Assembly (NCBI GenBank): GCA_002839315.1
Contig: PGXV01000005.1
Coordinates: forward strand, 313,572-377,571
DNA length: 64,000 bases
Origin: Spirochaetae bacterium HGW-Spirochaetae-3
GTDB lineage: Bacteria; Spirochaetota; Spirochaetia; Treponematales; UBA12059
Reading direction: 5' to 3'
The position numbers and the translations under genes are program-made. Below the pieces are notes generated by a model. The model was not told where the DNA came from. It did no database searches and saw nothing but the letters and a program-made list of their open reading frames with translations. Of this stretch, positions 56,830 to 64,000 are shown piece by piece (the first letter of the stretch is position 1; each line of letters begins with the position of its first letter).

Positions 56830-57333
56830 TCAGGCGCGGGCCAGGGCGGCGACGATCTCCGCTACGTAGAGCCGATGGTAGTCTCCGTCGTAGTTGCCGG
56901 CCAGCGACGGTTCTACGAAGCCGGCCGGGTCTATATCCTGCTTATGGATTACCCGGCATGCGAGGGTAAGATCGGCTTGTTCGAACCCGACGAATCCGTG
57001 CCTGGGTACGGTCGGCTTGAGTCCCGTGAGCGCAGCCTTGTCGACGTCGCGCCCGGACAGCTTGCCGCAGGTCGACAGCGCGTCGCGCCATTCCTCGCCG
57101 AAGAACGACAGCGTCAGCGCGCCGGCCTTCTCTATGAACGAGAACGTATGGCGCGTCGGCCTGATGAATACGAAGGCAACGTCGCGGTTCCAGAGGTGGC
57201 CGAGTCCGCCCCAGTTGGCGGTCATCGTGTTCCATGACGTAAGGTCGCCCGCGGTTACGAGCATCCAGGTCTTCTGGATCTTGTCGAATACGTTCCCTTC
57301 GATAGCTCTCGTGCTGATTTCGTAGAATGCCAT
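56830..57333 (-). CDS. flavin reductase-like (FMN-binding split-barrel) protein
   Basis: 167 aa. WMLVTAGD...NTMTANWGGLGHLWNRDVAFVFIRPTRHTFSFIE is typical of flavoredoxin/flavin reductase domain proteins. AAGGAG SD overlaps the stop of the upstream gene. Confidence 0.7.
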   Translation of the reverse strand: MAFYEISTRAIEGNVFDKIQKTWMLVTAGDLTSWNTMTANWGGLGHLWNRDVAFVFIRPTRHTFSFIEKAGALTLSFFGEEWRDALSTCGKLSGRDVDKAALTGLKPTVPRHGFVGFEQADLTLACRVIHKQDIDPAGFVEPSLAGNYDGDYHRLYVAEIVAALARA

Positions 57334-57337
57334 GCGC

Positions 57338-60300
57338 TCACTCCTTCGGTACTTGTCTCTTCGATTCGCGCGGGCCCGCGGCCTTCGGCGGCCGGGAGAC
57401 GGGCTCCGCCGTCATGCGGTCCAGGCTCCAGCCCGCGGCAAGCGCCGCGGCATCGATGCTCTTCAGGCTCTTGATCACGCGCGCGTCGTCCGCGCCGCCT
57501 ATCGTTACCGCGGCGGCTGCGAGAAGCGCGGCCGCGATCCCGTACCGGTCGGCGTCGAACCAGGTCTCGTCTTCCCAGCGGTTGACGCCCAGGAGGGCCC
57601 GCGCGTCGTCATCGCTAGCGATCGCCTCGGCTACGGCCTTCGGCGTCAGCGACGCGAGGCTCGAGAGTCCGACCTCGGATACTACGTCGAGCCTGCCCAG
57701 CGCCACGTCGGCGAACCAGGCGGCCGTCTCCGCCGATCCCGGTTCGTGCCCCGCGGCAACCAGAGCCTCGCGCAGCTTGCGTCGCATGCCCCAGGACTCG
57801 GCGAGGGATCCGGCCTTGGAGGGGGCCGCGTACGCCTCGGCGACGCGCGCCACGGGCAGAAGGCTGACGAGTCCCGCGAACGCCTGCGCGGCTCCCGGGC
57901 TCGACTCGAGCCTGGCGGCGAGGGCGGGCGACGAGGCGCGCTCCATGATCTTCAGGCATTCGTCCGCTATGGTTGCCAGCCGTTCGGCCGGGATGGCCTC
58001 GGCGGCCGTCTCTTCCGGGCGGCCTCGCGCCGCGAAACGGGCGGCAACCGAGAGGAAAGCCGAGACGGCGGCGCGGTCCGGCGCGAAGGCTACGGGTACG
58101 GGCGATCCCGCGCCGCGGAAGTATCCGGAGCCGAACGCGGCGGTCCACGCGGCGTACAGCTCTCCGAGAGCCAGGTCCTGCAGCGCCCATCCGATATCCG
58201 GCACGCCCCGGCCCCCGAGCGAGTCGCACAGGGCCGAATAGGAACCGGCCTCGTCGTCGTCGATCTCGTGTATATCTATGAATACCTGACACTGGAAGCC
58301 CTCGAGCGTAACGGCCAGGCCGTCGCGCGCCAGTTCGTTGGAGCGCCGCAGGTAGCGGAGTCCGCTCCTGGTCTCGGTGACCAGCGCGTACCGACCGCGG
58401 CCGCACCGGAGCCCGAGGCCCTCGGCGACGCTCCTCGTCGCGTCCGCCCTCGAGCCGTCGGGGCGCTTGTCGGCGAAACGGCACGAGCGTCGTACCGTAC
58501 CGGCCGTCCGTTCCCACGCGTTGTTGAAGAATACGATGGCCCGCTCGCCGCCGTGGCCGTTGGAGTACGCGAAGACGTTCTCGTCGACCGACCCGTCGGC
58601 GCGGACGAGGTCGTAGAGCAGGAAATCCTCGACGCCGGAGAACAGGTAGCGGCGCTTCAGGAGCGGCACTATCTCGCGCTCGTGCCTTCGTACGAGATCC
58701 TCGTCCGCGCGCTCGTCCTTGTAGGCGCGCCTGTATTCCATGCCGTACTTCTCGGTGAGGCCCTCGAACTGGCCGTGGCCGAACATCGGCAGGCCGGGCA
58801 TCGTCGCCATCATCGAGCAGACGCCGAAATAATGGTCGCCGGAGCCGAACTGCGCGATAGCCGTGTCCTCGTCGGGATTGTTCATGAAGTTTACGAAGCG
58901 CTTGAGTATGTCCTTGTCGAATTCTATCGTGTTCTTGATCGTGGCCCGGTACTCGGCGTTCTTCTTCTCCTTGAGCATGTTCATGAACGCCGAGTTGTAG
59001 ACGCGGTGCATGCCGAGCGTGCGCACGAAATAGCCTTCCATCATCCAGAAGGCCTCCGCGAGTAGCAGCGTATCCGGCGCCTCAGACGCGCACATGTCGA
59101 CGACCTCGCGCCAGAATTCCTCCGGCAGGCGGGCGTTGAAGTCCTCGGCGCTCATCGCCGACTCGAAACGGCTCGCGATGGCGCCGCCGGAGCCGGGCTC
59201 GGGGTACCAGAGCCTCCGGAACGATCGCTTGGCCAGCACCATCGCCGCGTCGAAGCGGATGATGGGGAAATTCCTGGCGACGTGGAGTATCCGTTCCTTT
59301 ACGGCGTCGCGGGCGGCCGGGTTGAGGAAGTCTATCTGGGCCGTGTCGTTCCACGGCATGCTCGTGCCGTCGTTGCCGTGGTAGACGTAGCTAGTCTCTC
59401 CCGTGCGGAAATCGACGCGCTTGAAGGTGACGGCGGCGTCGCGGCGGTCGTAGTAGTGGTCCTCGATCCAGAGGCCTATAGCGCCGTCGCCGGAGAGGTT
59501 CTCCCCGGTGTACGAGTACGACGGGAACGGCGGTTCGGAACGCCTGACGAACAAGTCCGGCCGATCGCGTATCCATGCCGAGTCGAGGCCGGTGTGGTTG
59601 GGTACCATATCGGCGGCGAGCCGTATGCCGCGGGCCAGCGCCTTGTTCCTGAGCGTCTCCAGCGCCTGCCAGCCGCCCAGCTCCCAGGCTATCTCGTAGT
59701 CGAACAGCGAGTAGGCGCTGGCGGCCGCCTCCGGGTTGCCGCACAGCTCCTTGATGCGCCTTGAGGCCTGGCTACGCTCCCATATGCCTATGAGCCACAG
59801 AGCGTTAATGCCCCTGGACGCGAGCAGGTCCAGTTCCTCGTCGGGAATGGCGTCGAGGGTCCGAATGTCCCTGCCGTAGGCCCTGGACAGCTGGTCCAGC
59901 CACACGAGGGCGCTCTTGGCCATCATGACGACGCGCGGCATCCAGTCCTTGTCCTCGCTGAAGCGCTCGTACTCCATGTCGATGGCGGCGTAGGACGGTA
60001 CGCGCACCGGTCCGGGGCCGGGCGGGAAGCTCGGCCGCTCGTCCTCGCCCAGCATGTCGACGCCGCCGAGCAGCCGGGCCATCCGGTCGCCTATGAGGAG
60101 CCCCCAGTGGCGCTTCATGTAGGCGAGCTGTCCCGCCAGCGAATGAGGGCTGGCCCGCATCGGGGCCCGCAGGAGGTCGGGCAGGCCCTGCGCGTCGGGA
60201 CCGAAGGGCGGTAGCGCCGACAGGGCCGCCTCGGCGGCGTCCAGCGTCGCCGCGACGGGCGCGGCTGCCTCGAGGGGAGCGTCGTCGAAGAGGAATCGAT

Positions 60301-60931
60301 ACGGAGCGAAGGCCGGATTCTCGTTGGCCAGGCGGAGGAGCAGCAATTCCTCGAGCGATACCGCGCCTTTGCCGATACCGTCGGACAGACCGTCGAGCCA
60401 CGACTCCAGCGTCTCGGCGCCGGAGTAGACCGTCGAGGGAGGGAAGGCCTTCGTGAACGCGACGAGGCTCGATCTGGTCGCGGCGGCGCCCTGGATGGCC
60501 TTCGACTTAGCCAGGGCCAGCTCGAACGCGGCGGGCTCTACACTTCGCCGGTACAGCTCGCAGACGGCGTGCAGGAGCTCGTCTATCAGCGCCATAGCGT
60601 TAATAGCGCCGGCCTTCACCGTCACTCCACCGGGCGAGCGCTCGTTTATCCTGGCCGCGAACGCGCGCGCCGCGGCGTAGTCGGCGAACACGACGCCGCC
60701 CGTCGTGGAGAACGGCGCGCCGGACAGGCCGTACAGGTCCCGCGCGGCCTTGGACACGTGGAATTCGTAGCGCGCGGCTACTATCGGGGACGCGCCGGGT
60801 CGGTCGAGCCTTTTCAACGATTCGAAGCGGATGATCGACTCTCTGTCGTCCGGCGTTGCCATCGCGTTGCCCCCATCGGTGATGATCTCGTGCGTAGACA
60901 TCTGATGATACCCCATGCGCCACGAGGGCAC
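57338..60931 (-). CDS. large alpha-amylase (GH13) family protein with long N- and C-terminal extensions
   Basis: GH13 regions readable: I ADMVPNHTG, II IIRFDAAMVL, III LLLAEAFW, IV FMNNPDE. The start is uncertain: GTG 60931 and the internal ATGs MGYHQ, MSTHE and MATPDD are all possible. Confidence 0.65.
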   Translation of the reverse strand: MPSWRMGYHQMSTHEIITDGGNAMATPDDRESIIRFESLKRLDRPGASPIVAARYEFHVSKAARDLYGLSGAPFSTTGGVVFADYAAARAFAARINERSPGGVTVKAGAINAMALIDELLHAVCELYRRSVEPAAFELALAKSKAIQGAAATRSSLVAFTKAFPPSTVYSGAETLESWLDGLSDGIGKGAVSLEELLLLRLANENPAFAPYRFLFDDAPLEAAAPVAATLDAAEAALSALPPFGPDAQGLPDLLRAPMRASPHSLAGQLAYMKRHWGLLIGDRMARLLGGVDMLGEDERPSFPPGPGPVRVPSYAAIDMEYERFSEDKDWMPRVVMMAKSALVWLDQLSRAYGRDIRTLDAIPDEELDLLASRGINALWLIGIWERSQASRRIKELCGNPEAAASAYSLFDYEIAWELGGWQALETLRNKALARGIRLAADMVPNHTGLDSAWIRDRPDLFVRRSEPPFPSYSYTGENLSGDGAIGLWIEDHYYDRRDAAVTFKRVDFRTGETSYVYHGNDGTSMPWNDTAQIDFLNPAARDAVKERILHVARNFPIIRFDAAMVLAKRSFRRLWYPEPGSGGAIASRFESAMSAEDFNARLPEEFWREVVDMCASEAPDTLLLAEAFWMMEGYFVRTLGMHRVYNSAFMNMLKEKKNAEYRATIKNTIEFDKDILKRFVNFMNNPDEDTAIAQFGSGDHYFGVCSMMATMPGLPMFGHGQFEGLTEKYGMEYRRAYKDERADEDLVRRHEREIVPLLKRRYLFSGVEDFLLYDLVRADGSVDENVFAYSNGHGGERAIVFFNNAWERTAGTVRRSCRFADKRPDGSRADATRSVAEGLGLRCGRGRYALVTETRSGLRYLRRSNELARDGLAVTLEGFQCQVFIDIHEIDDDEAGSYSALCDSLGGRGVPDIGWALQDLALGELYAAWTAAFGSGYFRGAGSPVPVAFAPDRAAVSAFLSVAARFAARGRPEETAAEAIPAERLATIADECLKIMERASSPALAARLESSPGAAQAFAGLVSLLPVARVAEAYAAPSKAGSLAESWGMRRKLREALVAAGHEPGSAETAAWFADVALGRLDVVSEVGLSSLASLTPKAVAEAIASDDDARALLGVNRWEDETWFDADRYGIAAALLAAAAVTIGGADDARVIKSLKSIDAAALAAGWSLDRMTAEPVSRPPKAAGPRESKRQVPKE

Positions 60932-61054
60932 AAGGACGATGGCGTCTGCGAGACTGCGGCGAGTCGAGGGAGGGGAAGGCGGTTGCTCTTCGGTATAAAA
61001 TAAAAAACGTTTTTACATTGTTACGAATATTTTTTGTTGGCTAAAATGTGATCT

Positions 61055-61423
61055 TTACCAAGTCTTTGATTCAGAATTCCATCCGGCGCCGGTAACGGCT
61101 TCGGATCCGATCACATAAGTTCCGCTGACATAGATATAAACGGTACCGAAGTCGCTGTCTCCGACGCCCAAATCCACTGGAGTCGTCCAATTACTATATG
61201 TAGTGACGCCTGTGTCTACAGATATCCTTATCGTTGCGTCATAGAGCTTCTCATAGCCAATATTTGATATGGAATACGGAACTAAAATAGTTGTCCCAGA
61301 TCCACCGGGTTGTGAAGCATCTTCTAGTCCCCAGCCCAGCTGGTAATCCGGTATCGAGCACGAGGCTGCTGTCATGATGGCTATCGCGACTATGGCCAGA
61401 ACGGCAAAATTTCTTGTCTTCAT
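61055..61423 (-). CDS. small lipoprotein of unknown function (low-GC gene)
   Basis: MKTRNFAVLAIVAIAIMTAASC lipobox-type signal, then ~100 aa that are beta-rich and Gly/Thr/Ser/Tyr-rich. GGAGGAG SD. G+C is clearly lower than in every neighbouring gene by eye. Confidence 0.65.
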   Translation of the reverse strand: MKTRNFAVLAIVAIAIMTAASCSIPDYQLGWGLEDASQPGGSGTTILVPYSISNIGYEKLYDATIRISVDTGVTTYSNWTTPVDLGVGDSDFGTVYIYVSGTYVIGSEAVTGAGWNSESKTW

Positions 61424-61428
61424 CGTAT

Positions 61429-61459
61429 CTCCTCCGCGTATGATTCTATCGCGGAGGAG
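61429..61459 (-). promoter_or_regulatory. SD-sequestering stem-loop in front of the lipoprotein gene (also a possible terminator of the upstream gene)
   Basis: Perfect 10-bp inverted repeat. The reverse strand reads CUCCUCCGCG-N11-CGCGGAGGAG-AUACG-AUG, so the whole SD pairs with an upstream anti-SD. Confidence 0.5.
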
Positions 61460-61478
61460 CGGAAAATCCGGGGGATTT

Positions 61479-62231
61479 CTAGCGATTTATAAGCGCGGAG
61501 ACGAGCCAGCCGAGGCCGTAGAGAGCGGGCAGGTGGATCAGGTAGACGTACAGCGAGCGCCTGCCCATCGCCGCCAGGAGCCTGAGCGGGGCGAGGCGCG
61601 CCTTGGTGGCGGGCGATTCTCCGCTGTTCGTGGCTGTGCCGGCGATAGGGGCGACTCTGCGCCTCGCAACGACGTCGCGCGCCGCCGCGCCGAAGGCTAC
61701 GAACGCGAACCACGGCGCCAGCGGCAGGTAGTCGGCGGGGTAGAGGTTGGCTGGCCGCAGGCCCAGCCACGCGAGCCACGGGAAACCGAAGCGAATCCCG
61801 CCTATCGCGATGCCGACGGCGAAGACCGCGGCCCCCGCGAAGATCGCTACGGCGGGCCTGCCGAGTAACGGGTAGACGAGTATCGACGATAGCGCCAAGA
61901 GGTGGATTACCCCGAAGAATACGAAGCTACGGCCCAGAACGGGCCAGGTGACGGCGCTGATGGCCAGCGCGACGATGCAGAGCGTACCGGCGCGCCTCGC
62001 GAATTCCTTGAATCCGGCTCCGCGAGCCTTCTTGGACGCGAGGTTCCACCCGGATATCGCGACGAACCCGCCGGCTATCGTCCGGGGGAAGAGCCACCAG
62101 AACCCGGAGAACAGGTCTATGTCGGACAGGCCGAACATCGCGGCTACGTAGAACGAGTGGTAGAATATCATCGTAGCGACGAATCCGCCCTTGACGGCGT
62201 CCGTCGCGAAGGATCTTCGCGGCATCGGCAC
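61479..62231 (-). CDS. DUF1624 (heparan-alpha-glucosaminide N-acetyltransferase-like) membrane protein
   Basis: Polytopic. DAVKGGFVATMIFYHSF...FFGVIHLLALSS is a family-like pattern. Confidence 0.6.
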   Translation of the reverse strand: MPMPRRSFATDAVKGGFVATMIFYHSFYVAAMFGLSDIDLFSGFWWLFPRTIAGGFVAISGWNLASKKARGAGFKEFARRAGTLCIVALAISAVTWPVLGRSFVFFGVIHLLALSSILVYPLLGRPAVAIFAGAAVFAVGIAIGGIRFGFPWLAWLGLRPANLYPADYLPLAPWFAFVAFGAAARDVVARRRVAPIAGTATNSGESPATKARLAPLRLLAAMGRRSLYVYLIHLPALYGLGWLVSALINR

Positions 62232-62319
62232 AGTATACGGTGGCGACGGGGCGCGGTAAAGGTCCGCGGTCGTCGTCGTCTTGGCGGCCGCGCGCCCGCG
62301 ATGCTATAGTCCGGCCACC

Positions 62320-63021
62320 ATGAAACCCGAACTAACGATAGACTCCGCCTTCTTCTCGGATCTCGAGGCCCCGACGAGCTTCTTCATACTGCGGCACGGA
62401 GAGACGACGGCGAACGCCGAGGGCCGCATCCAAGGGCGTTCGGAATACCCTCTCAACGACAACGGCCGCGCCCAGGCGTCCGAGCTTTCCGCGCATCTCC
62501 TCGGCATGGGCATCCGCCGCCTCCTGCATTCGCCGTTGGCCAGGGCCGCGGAGACCGCCGCTATCGTAGGCTCGGCGATAGGCGTCGCCGCTCCCGAGTC
62601 TGAGCCGCTGCTCGTCGAGCTGGATACCGGCCGCTTCTCCGGGCTCACCTGGGGCGAGATAGAGGAGCGGTATCCTGAAGAGCATAAGGCGTTCGGTTCC
62701 TTGAGCTGGGAGGCCGTTCCCGACGCCGAGAGCGCCGAGGCGATGTACCGCAGGGCGGCGCAGGCGTGGTCGAGGCTCAAGGCGGCCGCGATAGAGTCGG
62801 GCGGCGCCGTGGCCGCCGTTTCCCACGGCGGGACCATCCAGTGGCTGGTGCGCGTCACGTTCGGCTGCAGGACCTGGATGCCCCTCATCACGACGGGCAA
62901 CTGCGGCGTGTTCGAGCTAAGGGTAAAGCCGGCTACGGGCGGCGGGCCGGCGTTCATGCATTGGCGGGAGATAAACCTGCTACCCGGAGGGGACGCCCGA
63001 AGGACGCCTCCGGTCTTCTAA
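62320..63021 (+). CDS. histidine phosphatase (phosphoglycerate-mutase-like) family protein
   Basis: ORF trimmed to MKPELTI. FFILRHGETTANAEGRIQG catalytic RHG motif and later SHGGTI. TTGGCG-N18-TATAGT lies 9 nt upstream of the ATG, with no SD. Confidence 0.85.
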   Translation: MKPELTIDSAFFSDLEAPTSFFILRHGETTANAEGRIQGRSEYPLNDNGRAQASELSAHLLGMGIRRLLHSPLARAAETAAIVGSAIGVAAPESEPLLVELDTGRFSGLTWGEIEERYPEEHKAFGSLSWEAVPDAESAEAMYRRAAQAWSRLKAAAIESGGAVAAVSHGGTIQWLVRVTFGCRTWMPLITTGNCGVFELRVKPATGGGPAFMHWREINLLPGGDARRTPPVF

Positions 63022-63698
63022 TTCGCGTTCTGAGGATCGATGATGAAGGCCTCCCACAGGGGCTCGTCGGGCGGCGGGTCCGCGATCACGTCCACGCGCC
63101 TGTGGTCCGGCATGGTAAAGCACAGCTCGCGCGCGTGCAGCATGATGAGCCCGTTATGGGTCGACCTTCGCGCTCCGTACTTGAGGTCCCCGCGTACCGG
63201 ATAGCCAGCGGCCGACAGCTGAGCGCGTATCTGGTGGGTCTTGCCCGTCAGCGGCCGTATCGCTAGCAGGAAATAGCGCTCGCTCTTGCCGACGAGCTCG
63301 TACGACAGTTCGGCGATGTCTGATCCGTGCTCGCCGTCGGCGGGGATGGCCTTGGACTGGTTGCGGCGCTTGTCGTGGATAAGCCGATGGCGGAGGGTGC
63401 CCGCTTCCGGCTGGGGCGCGCGCTCGGTGACGGCCCAGTACATCTTGGTCACGCGGCGCTCCCTGAACTCCTCCGAGAGGGCGGCAAGACAATGCTTCGA
63501 TTTCGCGAACGCCACGGCGCCGCTCGTACGGCGGTCGAGCCTGTGTATCGGCTCTACGAATTTCCCCGGGCGGAATTCGCATACGAAGTCCTTGAGCGAG
63601 GAATCCCCGCTCTTGTCGGGTAGGACGGGGACCGCGGCGAGCTTATTGACGACGACCAAGTCGCCGTCCTCGTAGATCACGTCGAAAATGCCGGACAT
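63018..63698 (-). CDS. RluA family pseudouridine synthase
   Basis: LVVVNKLAAVPV, catalytic HRLDRRTSGAVAFAKS, and GKTHQIRAQL. Confidence 0.88.
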   Translation of the reverse strand: MSGIFDVIYEDGDLVVVNKLAAVPVLPDKSGDSSLKDFVCEFRPGKFVEPIHRLDRRTSGAVAFAKSKHCLAALSEEFRERRVTKMYWAVTERAPQPEAGTLRHRLIHDKRRNQSKAIPADGEHGSDIAELSYELVGKSERYFLLAIRPLTGKTHQIRAQLSAAGYPVRGDLKYGARRSTHNGLIMLHARELCFTMPDHRRVDVIADPPPDEPLWEAFIIDPQNAN

Positions 63699-63721
63699 AA
63701 TATGATAATATCATGTCCGGC
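63690..63721 (-). terminator. stem-loop between the upstream permease gene and rluA (terminator whose 3' arm is the first 9 nt of the rluA-family CDS)
   Basis: GCCGGACAT-N14-ATGTCCGGC perfect 9-bp stem. On the reverse strand it is followed by AUUUUC, and the AT-rich loop contains TATTAT 6 nt upstream of the ATG. Confidence 0.45.
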
Positions 63722-63751
63722 ATCGATTAGCATAAGAAAAATCTAATAACT

Positions 63752-64000
63752 TCAGGCCTTGGCCAATCGCTTCCTGGCTACTTGGGAAACGGCGCCCAGG
63801 GCGATCAGTCCGAGCCCGACGAGGTCGGTGACGGTACCGGGATACACCATCAGGATGCCCCCGCCCACCATCAGGACGCGTTCCCACCAGAGGGACTTGC
63901 GCACCAAGTAGCCCATGACGCCCGCCGATACGCCTATGATGCCGATCATAGAGGTGAGCACCATCAACAGCCCCGGCCAGAACGTCACGTCGACCATGAG
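63752..64000 (-). CDS. C-terminal fragment of a polytopic membrane protein (TRAP-type fused permease-like); gene continues beyond the right edge
   Basis: Two or three TM helices ending ...YPGTVTDLVGLGLIALGAVSQVARKRL. The frame is still open at position 64000. Confidence 0.4.
   Translation of the reverse strand, partial: LMVDVTFWPGLLMVLTSMIGIIGVSAGVMGYLVRKSLWWERVLMVGGGILMVYPGTVTDLVGLGLIALGAVSQVARKRLAKA

Noticed and set aside
61003-61014. AAAAACGTTTTT 12-nt palindrome downstream of the low-GC lipoprotein gene
   Set aside because: An A/T-only stem with a 2-nt centre is too weak to call as a terminator or operator on its own. It is noted only as part of the AT-rich islet.
1-64000. Search by eye for CRISPR arrays, rRNA/tRNA genes, IS elements, integrases, toxin-antitoxin pairs and classical defence genes
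   Set aside because: I saw no regularly spaced direct repeats, no cloverleaf-capable segments in the few AT-richer spacers, and no transposase, integrase or recombinase-like translations. Absence cannot be proven without tRNAscan/Infernal/HMM searches.

Overview
G+C-rich (about two-thirds by eye), densely coding chromosomal window with about 46 protein-coding genes. I recognised no rRNA, tRNA, CRISPR array, transposase or integrase. Gene content suggests a high-GC member of the Spirochaetota: a flgN-flgK-flgL-fliW-csrA operon, a Bpur-like PUR-domain protein and two giant envelope proteins. Housekeeping genes include proC, trxB, pfk, rnhB, a phosphohexomutase, an AddA/AddB-type helicase-nuclease pair, rluA and a split chromate-transporter pair. 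There is also a lot of signalling: a REC-PAS-HisKA_2 kinase, a REC-STAS-REC protein, a hybrid kinase and a REC-PAS-GGDEF-EAL protein. I found no single obvious defence or mobile system. The most unusual items are: (1) two giant repeat-built envelope proteins, one of 2336 aa (Ig-like modules, C-terminal barrel-like anchor) and one of 1371 aa (barrel-like domain, 8 FlgD-Ig-like modules, OmpA domain); (2) a P-loop(HprK-like)-Asp23 fusion divergent from the flagellar operon, which has a sigma-28-like promoter; (3) a pfk / REC-STAS-REC / hybrid kinase / rnhB string joined by overlapping stop-start codons; (4) a frameshift splitting the AddB-like nuclease inside a tightly packed GH13 / flavin-reductase / addB / addA operon; (5) a low-GC islet encoding a small lipoprotein whose SD lies in a perfect 10-bp hairpin; (6) a recurring TATAAT-like box 6-10 nt upstream of ATG with no SD, suggesting leaderless mRNAs. 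All functional calls come from reading motifs in the supplied translations; no database search was possible.
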